NCBI RefSeq assembly: GCF_963921235.1
Contig: NC_086108.1
Span: 57,848,001-57,912,000, forward strand
Source: Mobula hypostoma
Lineage: Eukaryota
Direction of reading: 5' to 3'
Length of the DNA: 64,000 nucleotides
This document shows, piece after piece, positions 40,775-54,200 of the stretch; position 1 is the first letter of the stretch, and every line of letters begins with the position of its first letter. The notes under the pieces were generated by a model. The model did not search any database. It was not told the origin of the DNA and saw only the letters and a list, made by a program, of their open reading frames with translations. Position numbers and translations under genes: made by a program.

Positions 40775-42320
40775 CCATTCTGCTTACACATGACTACATG
40801 GCCAAACACCCAAGTAATCATGGTGTCAAGTTCGCCAATGACTTAGCAATGGTGGGGCTCGTCAACAATGATGAGACAGCCTGCAGAGAGGAGGTGGAAG
40901 AGCTCGAGACCTGGTGCCAGGCAAATAACCTCTTCCTTAATGTCAACAAGGCAAAGTGCTTATCAAGTGCGCAGCCCTCCAGTGAAAAATGATATCGTAT
41001 CCGTTAAATAGGGGCCGTGGACAATTCTGATTTGATGGAGACAGACGTGAAAGCACAGAGGAACATCTGGAGAAATTTCTGAAATGCCAGTTCGCTGCTA
41101 TTGTTACTGCGCGATCGGGAATCTTTTGGAGGGAAGGCCTCAAAATCCTCAGCTTTGCCTGCAGTTGGCGACCGAGATTGAGGTCGAATCGTTCGGATAG
41201 AGATGGTGCTCGGTACTCGGTTTCAGAGAGCTGATCAGAGGCTCGAAGTTTTCGGACGACTCAGAGTCGGACTGTGGTCGGGCATGGCAGGGAGAGTTTT
41301 TCTTCCTTCTCCCGTATGCATGAGATGTGGGACATTTGAGAGACTTTGAACTTTTTACTGTGCTCATGGACTTCTTCATCAAGTTATGGTATTGTTGCAT
41401 TGTTGTAACTATATGTTATAATTATGTGGTTTTGTTAGTTTTTTCAGTCTTGGTCTGTCCTGTGTTTTGTGATATCACACCGGAGGAAATATTACATCAT
41501 TTCTTAATACATGCATTACTAAATGACATTAAAAGAGGACTGCGTGTCTTCATAATCTAATCTAAAAAAAAGTTCAAGAGAATCTGCACAGATCACACCC
41601 CTCTGTACATCAGCGTCACAGCTGTAGAAACTGAGAGAAGTTTCAAACTCCTGGGAGTGCACAAATTACACAAACTTTCATGGTCCCAGAACACATGCTA
41701 CACAATCAGGAGAGCTCACCAATGCCTCTACTTTCTGAGGAGGTTGAAGAGAGCTGGACTATGCACATCAATACTCATGGTCTACAGATGTGCAGTACAG
41801 AGCAGTCCAACATGCTGCATCAATGAATGGTATAGAAACTGCAGTTCAGCGGCCAGGAAGGCTCTGCAGTGGGTAGTCAATACTGCCTAATGCATCTGCA
41901 GCACCAGCCTGCCCACCATCAAGGACATATATACAGGAAGGCCTTGAAAAGGGGCCAATATCATCATGGACTGTTTGCCCACACCCTTCAGGGCGAAGAC
42001 GATGTAGCATCCAAGCCAGGACCACCTTTCTCAAAAACAGGTATCGTCCGCAAGCAGTAAGGCTGATCAGCATGTCAGCCCACTAACCCACTCCACCCCA
42101 CCCCACTATACCCCCTCACCACTACTATATCATTTCTTGTCAGAGTCAACTTATGTACAGACACTCCTGTTTCTAGCATCAATCTATGTATGTAAGTTAT
42201 ATTATATATCTATATTCATTGTGTTATTTTTTATTATTGTATTCTTTATCTTATTGTGTTTTGTTTCTGCTGCATCGGATCAGAAGTAAGAATTATTTTG
42301 TTCTCCTTTATGCTTGTTGT
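40775..42320 (+). mobile_element. Rex-Babar LINE 3' part, interrupted at 40954-41563
   Basis: VKFAND..MVGLV.NDETA.REEV..L..WCQ.NNL.LNV.K; HQ.LYFLRRLKRAGL. Confidence 0.85.
40954..41563 (+). mobile_element. CpG-rich non-coding SINE-like insertion ending in (AATCT)n
   Basis: Interrupts the Rex-Babar RT frame; no ORF homology; ends ataatctaatcta, like the Rex-Babar tail at 47638-47655. Confidence 0.6.
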
Positions 42321-42439
42321 TATGGTAAAAAGTCTACTGAAGGCAGTAAGACACAAATTCCCCTTATCCATTTCAAAGCTTCATTTATTGGGCCAGTTGA
42401 ATCCAGGTTGCTTGTACTGTAAAGCGTTGTGCTAACCAC

Positions 42440-43330
42440 TATGCTACCGTACTGTGTCATCTGGATAGTATGTGAGTACAGGAATGGCTTATTGCTCACC
42501 GCGTTGTTGCCTGCTGCAGCCACCCAGGAGAGACGCCGATGGAAGCAGTGCGCAAGAAAACAGAAGCACAGGAAGCGCACTGGTATTTGTGCAAGACTGA
42601 GGGCGAAACCCTGCAGGTCAGCTTTCCTGTCCATTGGGCTTTCAAACGTTCAGCTGATAGAAAATAAACTGGATTACCTGCAACTCAGACTGAATCAGTG
42701 TGAGATGAAGCACCACAGTAGCATGGCAGTTAGCATGACACTGTTACAGCTCAGGGCATCAGAGTTCAGAGTTCACAGTTCAATCCCAGTGTCCTCTGTG
42801 AGGCATTTGTACGCCCCCTATGGAATGCGTCAATTTCCTCTAGATGCTCTGATTTCTTCCCAAAGTCCAAAAATATACAGGTTAGATTATTTGTAAATTG
42901 TAAATTGTCCCATGGTTAGGCTAGGGTTAAATTGGGGGTTGCTGGTGGCACAGCTCAAAGGGCCGGAAGGGCCTATTCTGCGCTGTATCTCTAAATAAAT
43001 AAAATATAAAAAATTAAAGACAGCTGTGCACTCATCCTGATGGAAATGTGGCTCCAGGATATCACCTCTGAAGCAGCTAGAGGGCTTCATCCCTTTTTGG
43101 GCTGATAGAATTCCCTCAATCTCTGACAAGACACATGGTGGAGGTGTATGCGTCTATATTAATAAGAAGTAATTGTATGAACATTTTGGTAATGATGATC
43201 CACTGTTCACCTCTGGTAGAATTCTTAACAGTGAAGTGCAGGCCCTTCTACTCATTGAGGGCGTTCACTGCTATTGTGATTGCGGCTGAATACATCCCCC
43301 CCCCCACCCCCATGTACCACTGATGTTATA
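42440..43330 (+). mobile_element. Rex-Babar 5' region and endonuclease start, decayed
   Basis: ARLRAKPCRSAFLSI.LSNVQ..ENKLDYLQL; CSPLVEFLTVKCRPFY..R.FTA......YIPP. Confidence 0.7.
42712..43005 (+). mobile_element. tRNA-derived SINE with CR1-type 3' tail
   Basis: A-box-like tagcatggcagttagc, B-box-like agttcaatcc, V-SINE-like core, tail gggccggaagggcctattctgcgctgtatctctaaataaataa. Confidence 0.7.
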
Positions 43331-43739
43331 GTTTACTTTTTAATTTGTAGTCCAAATGCACCTTATTATTTGCTAATTTATTTGTAGTAATAATACTTTG
43401 TGTTATGTATGTGAGTTATATGTACTGTGTTGTGCACCTTGGTCCACAGGACTGTTGTTACTTTTGGTGGTATACGTGTGTATGATTGAATGACAGTAAA
43501 CTGAACTTGAACTTTAAGAACACTGTAGGTCTTCGGATCCTTGGAGTTTGTCACTTTTCAAACTTGCCAGCTTCACTTGTACTGCTTTTCACTAATATCA
43601 CTGAATTCTGACTTTTTATTCACAATGCATCCTTGGTCATTCATGTCTCTGGGAAATTTTTTTGGGTCTTCCCTGAAAATAGAGACAAAATAGTCATTTA
43701 ATTCCTCCTCCATTTCCTCTGCAAGTAAATTTATTGTTA

Positions 43740-44700
43740 CATAAAACATGGAACATTATGGCACAGTATAGGCCCTAAGGCCCACAATGTTGTGCTGACT
43801 CTTTAATCTATTCCAATATCAGTCTAACCCTTTCCTCCCACATAGCTGTCCATTTTTCTATTATCCGTGTGTCTGTCTAGTGTCCCTTAAATGTCTCTAG
43901 TATGTCTGCCTCTACCACCACCCCTGGCAATGCATTATATGCACCCAACATTCTCTGTGTAAATATATATATCTCTAACATCCCTCCTATACCTTCCTCC
44001 AATCACCTTAAAATTATGCCCTCTCAACTTAGCCATTTCTGCCCTTGGAAACATTCTCTGGCTGTCCACTCATTCTATGCCTTTATCACCTTGTATGCCT
44101 CTACCAAGTATTCTTTCATCCTCTATCACTTCAAAGAGGAAAGTCCTTGCTCGCTCATCATATCCTCAGAAAGCATGCTCTGTATTCCAGACAATATGCT
44201 AGTAAATCCTCCTCTGCACCCTCTCTAAAGCTTCTATAAATCCTTCCTATAATGAGCTGACCAGAACTGAACACAATATTCCTAGTGTGGTCAAACCAGG
44301 GTTTTATAGAGCTGCAATATTACCTCATGGCTCTTGAACTCAATCACCCGACAAATGAAGGTCATATGGCTCCTTAACAACCTATTAACTTGCACGACAA
44401 CTTTGAGGGATCTGTAGACATGGTCCCCCAAGATCTCCCTGTTCCTCCACGCTACCCAGAATTCTGCCTTCAAATTGAACCTTCCAAAGTGAATCACTTT
44501 GCAATTTTCTGGGTTGAACTCCATCTGCCACTTCTCGGCCCAGCCTTCCATCCCGTCAGTGCCCTTTTGTGACCTGTGACAACCTTCGATGCTATGCACA
44601 ACTTCACCAACCGTTGTGTCATCTGCAAACCTACTAACCCACCCTTCTATTTCCTCATCCAAGTCGTTTGTAAAAATCATAAAGAGCAGAGGGCAAAGAG
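43740..44700 (-). mobile_element. CR1 3' fragment
   Basis: ORF 44291-44710 [28 protein letters not shown]. Confidence 0.88.
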
Positions 44701-44872
44701 TTTGCTCCAAAGTCCCTGGAGACTTGGTGAATATTTGTAAATTGTCAGAGAATTCTATTTGATTCTCAGGGCAATAGAATGAATTAACAGGTTTTTGGAA
44801 GCGAATATATCAGAGCAACCTTTTGGATAGCTTTTATTGTGATGGTTCATATAATCCCATTTTGTTTTTCAG

Positions 44873-44907
44873 GCCAACAACGCTGCCTTGAAATGAGCAG
44901 TTAAAAA
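44873..44907 (+). other. Candidate 35-nt non-coding or poison exon
   Basis: Acceptor ttttgtttttcAG and donor GTAAGC; stops in all three frames. Confidence 0.3.
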
Positions 44908-45028
44908 GTAAGCATTGTCCAGCCCTCGGTACCTTCGTTTTAGTGATAATGGCAGCTTAATTATAATTTGTGCAACTATGTGTTTAAAAATAAACCAATG
45001 TGAACAACAAGCTGTGCATTTTTCTCCA

Positions 45029-45042
45029 GTTCCCATAGCAAC
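45029..45042. promoter_or_regulatory. Candidate RFX X-box GTTCCCATAGCAAC
   Basis: Close match to the palindromic RFX consensus GTTGCCATGGCAAC, in repeat-free DNA. Confidence 0.35.
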
Positions 45043-46754
45043 CTAAATGTGATGATGTGAAACTGAACATATGCTTAACTGTTTGAAATACATATACATG
45101 GATCGGTATTTAAGATTTAGAACTGTGTTGATTTGCAATATAATAATTGAATGAGTAAAATAATGAATTTAATTTGACTTATCTCCAGTAATAGTACAGA
45201 CATTTTTTAAGAAATGCATGGGAATATAATTGTGTGGGTTTTTTCTCCATCTCTACACAACTGAGTATGTTTGATGCATAAATCATGACAATTCATTCAA
45301 AATGCACACATTGCAAAGTTCAAAGTTGAACCAGCATTGCTTTCTATACTGTTAGCTAGTGGTCATCAGTTATTTAGCAAATAGGACATGCACAGAACAA
45401 AATTATTACTCTGCAAGGCTCATTTGGAGCTTTAGCAGCTGAAACTGGATCACATTTTTCTGGTTTAGTAATGTTTTTGGCCGTCCAGTGAACCATGTTT
45501 TCATAATGTACCATTCACTGCAGACGTGCTATTAAAGAACTTCTCAGCCATTTGAAACTTCTGTGTTCTGCTGTAGTAATCATTGAAGTTAGTCTGGTCT
45601 CTCAGGAAGTTCCTTCATACTGTCAGACTGAATTTGGTTGAGGTCTGCTGCCATTTCTTCATATGTATCGACTTTGTATCATATGTAATTATGTGATGGT
45701 TCCATTAGCAGTACTGGAACTGGAAGGGAAGGTGTAAGAGGCCCAAGCGGGTGGGGGAGAAAGGCCATAGACTGTATCAAACAAGAACGTTCACCGAGTC
45801 ACCAGAGTCTACACAAATATTATCAGATACTTCTGGTATTTTTACAGAGCTGCTGCTGGGCACAAAGGCTCAGACTGCCCTGCTGTAAAAGTCACAGTCA
45901 TCCTCATGCTGAATTCAAAAGCCTTTGGACTGTGCCAGATCATGGTGATTGATCTATGCTACATAATCCCCTTTTACTGCATGCCATTATGTGTTTTTGA
46001 TGGTGTTTTCTTGGGGATCTCTTCCTTGAGCACAATCCATTTCGAATGTGTGGATGCTCTCGTATTCTTAGGGCACAAGTCTGTCAACTCTGAGGCCAGG
46101 CAGGAAGCTGATGAAGGGATTCCTGAGCCATGTCTTTTCAGAGAATCCAGCTGGCCACAAATCTTAATCTTCACAAGTGCAAGGAATGGAAATAATAAAG
46201 ATTGCAGTCACTGGATGGTTTCAGTGACATCTCAAATCCACATCCTAAGTTCAGAACGGTGTCTGTAATTTGCTTCTGTCATATTATGATTTAGACAATA
46301 AGACCATTAGACATAGGAGCAGAATTAGGCCATCTGGCCCATCGAGTTTGATCCGCCATTCAATCATGGCTGATCCTTTTTTTAATCTCCTCTCCAACCC
46401 CAATTCTCAGCCTTCTCCCTGTTACCTATGATGCCATGTCCAATCAAGAATCTATCAATCTCTGCTTTAAATACACTCAATTACCTGCCCTCCACAGCTG
46501 CATGTGGCAACAAATTCCACAAATTCACCACCCTTTGGCTAAAGAAATTTCTCTGAATCTCTGTTTTGAAAGGGTACCCTTCTCTCCTGAGGCTGTGCTC
46601 TCTTGTCCTAGACTCTACCACCATGGAAAACATCCTTTTCACAATTACTCTGTCTAGGCCCTTCAACTTTCGAAAGGTTTCAATGACATCTCCCTGAGTC
46701 CTTCTGAATTCCAGTGAGTACAGACCCAGAACCATCATATGTTCCTCATATGAT

Positions 46755-47653
46755 CAAGTTCATAATCAAGTTGGCAGACGACACCATGGTGGTTGGCCTG
46801 ATCAGAGGGGATGACAAGACTGCCTACAGGGACGAGATCCAGCACCTGGCCGTGTGGTGTGCCGATAACAACCTGACCCTTAACACCCAGAAGACCGAGG
46901 AGGTTATTGTGGACTTCAGGCATGCTAGGAGGCACACTCATGTCCCCATCTACATCAATAGAGCTGTAGTGGAGCGTGTATCAAACTTCAAATTCCTTGG
47001 TGTCCACATTTCCGATGATCTCACCTGGTCTCTGAACTCCTCCATACTGATCAAAAAGGCACAATAGCGCCTTTATTTCCTGCAGAGCATCAAGAAAGAT
47101 CACCTCTGTCCCAGGATACTGACAGACTTTTACTGCTGTACTATTGAGAGCATACTCACCAACTACATCTCAGTCTGGTATGGCAATTGTCCCGTATCAG
47201 ACTGCAAAGCACTCCAGCGGGAGGTGAAAATTGCCCTGCGGATTATCGGCACCCAATTGCCCACCATTGAGAACATCTACCATAAACGCTGCCTGGGTAG
47301 GGTGAAAAGCATTATCAAGGATGTGTCTCGCCCTAACCATGGATTTTTTATTCTTCTCCCATCCGGTAGGCGCTACAGGAGCCTCCGCTCCCGCACCAGC
47401 AGGCTCAGGAAGAGCTGTTTCCTTGAGACTGTGACTCTGCTGAACCTCACATCCCAGCGCTAAGCAGTATTGCATCTGTATTGTACTGTCTCAGTACTTT
47501 TATATTTGTGTGCTGTAGCACTTACATTTTATTCGCAGTTATTTTGTGAATAATACTATTCTTTTGCACTTCTGGTTAGATACTAATTGCATTTCATTGG
47601 CTTCGTATCTGTACTCAGCACAATGACAATAAAGTTGAATCTAATCTAATCTA
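46755..47653 (+). mobile_element. Rex-Babar LINE, 5'-truncated, TSD atatgat
   Basis: IIKLADDTMVVGLI..DD..AYRDE...WC..NNL.LN..KT.E..VDFR; tail (AATCT)n; TSD at 46748-46754 and 47654-47660. Confidence 0.92.
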
Positions 47654-50600
47654 ATATGATAATCCTTTCATTCCTGGAAACATCCTTGTGAACCTCCTCT
47701 GGACCCTCTCCAATGCCAGCACATCTTTTCTAAGATGAGGGGCCCAAAACTGTTCACAATACTCAAGGTGAGACTTCACCAGTGCCTTATAAAGCCTCAG
47801 CATCTCAGCTTGCTCTTCTATTCTAGACCTCTTGAAATGAATGCTAATATAGCATTTGCCTTCCTCACCACCGACTCAACCTGCAAGTTAACCTTTAGGG
47901 TGTTCTGCACAAGGACTCCCAAGTCCCTTTGCATCTCAGATTTTTGGATTTTTCTCCCCATTTAGAAAATAGTCTACACATTTATTTCTACCACAAAAGT
48001 GCATGAACATGCATTTTCCAGCATTGTATTTCATTTGCCACTTTCTTGCCCATTCTCCTAATCTGTATAAGTCCTTCTGCAGCCCACCTGTTTCCCCAAC
48101 ACTACCTGCCCCTCCAGCAATCTTTGTATCATCTGCTAATTTGACAATAAAGCCATCTATTCCATCATCTAAATCATTTATATACAGTATAAAAAGAAGT
48201 GGTCCCAACATTGACCCCTGCAGAACACCACTTATCACTGGCTACCAACCAGAAAAGGATCCTTTTATCCCCACTTGCTTCCTCCTACTAATCAGCCAAT
48301 GCTCTAACCATGTTAGTAACTTTACGGTAATAGCACAGGGTCTTAACTTGGTAAGCAGCCTCATCTGTGGTACCTTGTCAAAGGCCTTCTGAAAGTCCAA
48401 CTGTACAACATCCACTGCATCCCCTATATCTATCCTACTTCTAATCCCCTCAAAGAATTCCAGCAGGTTCATCAGGTGGGATTTCCCCTGAAGGAAGCCA
48501 TGCTGACTTTGTACTATCATGTCCTGTGTCACCAAGTACTCCATCACCTCATCCTTAACAATTGACTCTAACATCTTCCCAACCACTAAGGTCAGACTAA
48601 CTCATCTATAATTTCCTTTCTGCTGCCTTCCTCCTTTCTTAAAGAGTGGAGTGACATTCGCAATTTTCCAGTCCTCTGGCATCATGTCAGAGTCCAATGA
48701 TTTTTGAAAGATCATTTCTAATGCCACCTCTTTCAGAACCCTAGGGTGCAGTTCATCTGGTCCTGTTGACTTATGCACCTTTAGGTCTTTCAGCTTTTTG
48801 AGCATCTTCTCTCTAGTAATAGTAACTGCACCCACTTCTCTTCCTTCGCACACGACAACATCAGACATACAGCTAATGTCTTCCACAGTGAAATACTCAT
48901 TTAGTTCATCAGCAATCTCCTTGTCCCCAGTTATTATTTCTTCTGCCTCATTTTCTAGCAGTCTTATATCTACTCTCATTTCTCTTTTATTTTTAACATA
49001 CTTGAAAAAACTTTTACTATCCACTTGGATATTATTTGCTAGCTTGCTTTCATATTTCATCTTTTCCCTTCTAATGATTTTTAGTTGCTCTCTCTAGGTT
49101 TTTAAAAACTTCTTTGTCCTCTATCTTCCCACTAATTTTTGCTTTGTTGTCTGCCCTTTCTTTTGCTTTTACAATAGCTTTGACATCCCTTGTCAGCCAC
49201 GGTTGTACTATTTTACCTTTTGAGTATTTCTTCATTTTTGGAATACATATGTCCTGCACCTTCCTCATTTTTCCCTGAAACGCACACCATTGCTGCTCTG
49301 CTGACATCCCTGCCAGCAACTCCTTCCAATTTACTTGGCCAACTCCTCTCTCATACCATGGTAATTCCCCTGACTCCACTGAAATATTGCTACATCAGAT
49401 TTTACTTTCTCCCTATCACATTTCAAGTTGAACTTAGTCATATTGTGATCACTGGTTCCTAAGGTAAGCTCCCTAATCGCCTCTGGTTCATTACATAACA
49501 CCCAATCCAGTGTAGCTGATCCCCCAGTAGGCTCAACGACATACTGCTCAAAAAAGCCAACTCTTAAGCATTCCACAAACTCACTCTCTTGAGATCCATT
49601 ACCAACCTAATTTTCTCAAACGACCTACATGTTAAAATCTCCCATGATTACCATAATATTGCCCTTTTGACATGTCTTTTCTATTTCCTGTTGTCATCTG
49701 TGGTCCACCTCCCAGCCATTGTTGGGAGGCCTGTATATAACTGCCATCAGGGTCCTTTTACCCTTACAGTTTCTTAACTCAACCCACAAGGATTCAACAT
49801 CTTCTGATCCTATGTCACAGCTTTCTACTGATTTGATGCCATTCTTTACCAGTAGAGCCATGCCTCCCCCTCTGCCTACCTTCTTATCCCTCCAATATAA
49901 CATGTAACCTTGGACATTTAGATACAACACCTTGAGTACCATATTTGTTATCCTTTCTGATTCTGCATCCCTGATGATTTGATACTCAGCCTGTTGGCTG
50001 CAACTAAGTCCCATCACCTGCCTGCCCTCCCTGACAGTCTGACTACACACTATCTTTACTTTTTTACCATCCATCCTATCCTGAGTCCCTTCTCTCCTGC
50101 TCCCACCCCCCTGCCAAATTAGTTTAAACCCTCCCCAACAGCTCTAACAAACCTGCCCACAAGAATATTGGTCCTCCTCGGATTCAGGTACATCTCCTCA
50201 CTTTTGAACAGGTCATGCCTCCTCAGAAGCGATCGCAAAATGATCCAAAAACCTGAAGCCCTGCCCCCTGCACCAGCTTCTCAGCCATGCATTTATATAA
50301 CCATATAACAATTACAGCACGGAAACAGGCCATCTCGGCCCTTCTAGTCCGTGCCGAACTCTTACTCTCACCTCGTCCCACTGACCTGCACTCAGTCCAT
50401 AACCCTCCATTCCTTTCCTGTCTGTATATCTATCCAATTTAACTTTAAACGACAACATCAAACCTGCCTCAACCACTTCTGCTGGAAGCTTGTTCCACAC
50501 AGCTACCACTCTCTGAGTAAAAAAGTTCCCTCTCATGTTACCCCTAGATTTTTGTCCTTTAGCTCTCAACTCATGTCTTCTTGTTTGAATTTTCCCCACT

Positions 50601-51242
50601 CTCAATGGAAAAAGCCTATCCGCGTCAACTCTATCTATCCCCCTCATAATTTTAAACACCTCTATCAATTCCCCCCTCAACCTTCTACGCTCCAAAGAAT
50701 AAAGACCTAACTTGTTCAACCTTTCTCTGTAACTTAGGAGATGAAACCCAGGCAACATTTTAGTAAACCTCCTCTGTATTCCTCTGTACATCTTTCCTAT
50801 AATTTGGTAACCAGAACTGTACACAATACTCCAAATTTGGCCTTACCAATGCCTTGTACAATTTCAACATTACATCCTAACTCCTATACTCTATGCTCTG
50901 ATTAATAAAGGCCAGCATGCCAAAAGCTTTCTTCACCACCCTATCCACGTGAGATTCCACCTTCGGGGAACTATGCACCATTATTCCTAGATCCCTCTGT
51001 TCTACAGCATTCTTCAATGCCCTACCATTTACCATGTATGTCCTATTTTGATTAGTCCTACCAAAATGTGGTACCTCACATTTTTCAGCATTAAACTCCA
51101 TCTGCCATCTTTCAGCCCACTCTTCTAACTTTCCTAAATCTCCCTGCAAGCTTTGAAAACCTGCCTCATCTTAACATCTTAGTCCATGTGTATTTTGTAA
51201 CTCTTTTGTTCTGGACACCAGTGACTACCAGGAATAGTCTGG

Positions 51243-54200
51243 TTGGCAACCGGGAATAGTCCGGTGACAGCGTGGAGAGACAGCGGACAGCCAGGAAAGA
51301 CTGGCACCGGGGGTGTCAGGATTGGCAGTCCGGGCACCAGCTCAGAAGAGCACCCACCTCTTGAAGCTTCTAGTTTACATGGAGAAACATACGCTCAGGG
51401 TCTTCCGAGAGGGAGGGAGAATGATGGACCCAATCGGACGGATACAGTTAATTACAGGGAACGACTACGACCAAGAGCTAGGATAATAGGCTGTGAGTGT
51501 CCAGTGTGTTGGTGTGGGAGAGCATTTTTCAGCATTAAAGGTTTACGAGTCCACCAAGCAAAATTGAAGTGCTATTCCATCCCAGTGGATGAAGATGAGA
51601 TTTCTTCACCAAGCACAGATGATGTGGTCTTTTCAACCACTGATTCACAAGCCACAGCGATTCGCTCTGGAGAGTGTCATCATACTCCAGGTCAGACGAG
51701 AGATAACCCAAGTCAGGTTTCAGACCACAGTTCCCAGGTAGATTCCTCGCATGATGGTGGTGGTGAGGAGGTAGAGAAGAAGAGGAAGGTCAAGTGGCCA
51801 GCAATGGCAGATGAGAAGGTCTGGCGTGTAGTTGATGAGGATATCAGTATGATGTTGGAGAACACTCTCAGGGGAACATCAAAGAGAAAGTTGGAAGTGA
51901 TGGGCGATATGATTTACGACGTTGGAAAGTACAGGTTTAGTTTGGTTGTGTTGAAGAAAACAAAGCCTACACAGCAACCAAGCAGGTGCCAGAAGGAGAT
52001 TAGTAGGTTGAGGAGAGAGCTTAGATCGTTGAGACAGAGGTGGAAGGTAGCAAGTGAGGGTGACAAGCCAGGGCTTGCTGATCTCCGAGAGCATTTTCAA
52101 ATAAAGTTAGCATCACTCCGTCATACAGAGTCACAACATAAAAAGAGAAAGAAGAGAGAGAAGGCAAGAAAGTCATTCTTTGAGAACCCTCACGAGTTCA
52201 CAAAGAAACTGTTTGAACGAAGCAAGAGCGGGCAGCTTAACATCTCCCAACAAGAACTTGAGGATCACCTAGCAAGCACTTACTCTAACAAACAGCAGGA
52301 GGCTCCTTTGCTTGACATTTCAGGGCTTGTGAAGCCTACCAAGCCAGGAGTGAAGTTCGATCTGTCAGAACCCAAACTGGCAGAAGTTGAACGGTTCATC
52401 AGAAAGGCAAGGTCAGGCTCAGTGCCAGGACCTAATGGAGTTCTGTATAAGGTGTTCAAGAAGTGTGAGGAGCTGAGGAAATACTTGTGGAGATTGTTAA
52501 AGGTGGTGTGGAGACAAGGTGTTGTTCCTTTGTCATGGAGTGAGGCTGAAGGAGTATACATCCCGAAGGAAGAGAATTCTTCTACATTGAATCAGTTCCG
52601 ACCAATTTTACTCCTGAATGTAGAGGGGAAGATTATGTTTGACATTCTGGCAGAAAGAATATCTTTATTTGTGATTGAGAATGGATTAGTAAATACATCT
52701 GTGCAGAAGGCAGGAATACCAGGCTTCCCAGGATGCTTTAAACATTCTAGTATGAAATGACATACTGCCCAGGAGTCAAAAAGGTTGAGAAGAAATCTGG
52801 CTGTAGTTTGGCTTGATCTGGCAAATGCATATGGCTCTGTTCCCCATGTCCTGATTGAGTTTGCGATGGAATTCCTATGGATTCCTGCTAAGGTGAGGAA
52901 CTTTGCTATGCAGTACTACAACGATTTCCGGATGAGGTTTTCCACTCAGCAGTTTACAACTAGGTGACAGAGCTCGGATGTTGGAATCCCAATGGGATGC
53001 GCAATTTCACGCATCCTTTTTGTGTTAGCCATGGAGGTTATTGTGAGGGCTGCAGAATCAGTGGGACCAGGTGTCGCACTTGATGGCGGAGAGGAGTTAC
53101 CACCAATACGAGCGTTCATGGATGATTTTACCCTTTTGGGTCCCAGCACGGAGGCAGTGGAAATGTACTATTTAGACTCGAGGAGCTAATGGATTGGGGA
53201 AGAATGAAGTTCAAGACCAAGAAGTCAAGGAGCCTTGTTATTAGGAGAGGAAAGCTGGTTGACTTTCATTTCACCCTTTGTGGAAAGGAGATTCCATACA
53301 TTCAGGACCAATCAGTTAAGAGCCTCGGGCGATGGTACACAGAGGAGCTGAGAGACACCAAGAGGGTTCAAGAGACAGGAGAACAGATCAACGGAGGTCT
53401 GATGTCTGTTGACAAGTGTGGCTTGCCTGGCAAGTTGAAGTTGTGGTGCTTGCAGTACGGACTGATGCCACGGATAATGTGGCCACTAACTGTCCATGAA
53501 GTGGCAATATCCCATGTTGAGGCAATGGAACGGAAGATCAACAAGTATGTGAAGAAGTGGCTTGGAGTACCAAGCAGCCTCACCAACGTTGCAATCCACA
53601 GTAGCCAGACAAAGCTTACCATCCCAGTGCAATCCCTTGTTGAAGAGGTCAAGGTAGCCAAGGTAAGATCATTCTTGATGCTTCGAGACTCAAAAGACCC
53701 GGTCATCAAGAACACCCAGCCGGATGTGAGATCAGGCAGGAAGTGGTCAGCCCATGTAGCAGTTGATGAGGCAGAGTCTAGATTGAAGCACAAGGAGACG
53801 GTTGGGGCTATCCAGCTAGGCAGCCAGGGACTTGGATGGACAACCCACAAGTGGTCGATATCTTCTACAGGTAAGGAGCGCCGTGAGCTTGTAACACAAG
53901 AAATACGAGAGGTAGAAGAGGAGAAGAGGTTAACTGAAACAGCTGGTCTGGCCAAACAAGGGACTTGGACCCAGTGGGAAAGTATTGAACAACGACACCT
54001 ATCTTGGAATGTTCTGTGGCAGATGGAACTGCTCCACATTTCTTTTCTATGCAGAGCAGCATACGATCTGCTCCCAACACCTGCCAACCTCAGCACCTGA
54101 TATGAAGATAAGACAGACAGGTGTGCTGCTTGTGGCGAGAAGGGAACACTTCAACATATCTTGAGTGCATGCAGAGTCAATCTTTCCAGCGGCACTTACA

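Noticed and set aside
45906..46268. 120-aa ORF in non-repeat-looking DNA
   Set aside because: No domain similarity or convincing splice context; cannot be supported without expression or conservation data.
51171..51203. 33-bp direct repeat read as a target-site duplication or true LTR
   Set aside because: The host CR1 frame is complete without it; it lacks TG...CA ends and the element has no integrase or primer-binding site.
53368..54096. 242-aa antisense ORF, and similar antisense ORFs over CR1 copies
   Set aside because: Shadow frames of retrotransposon coding sequence with no recognisable domain.
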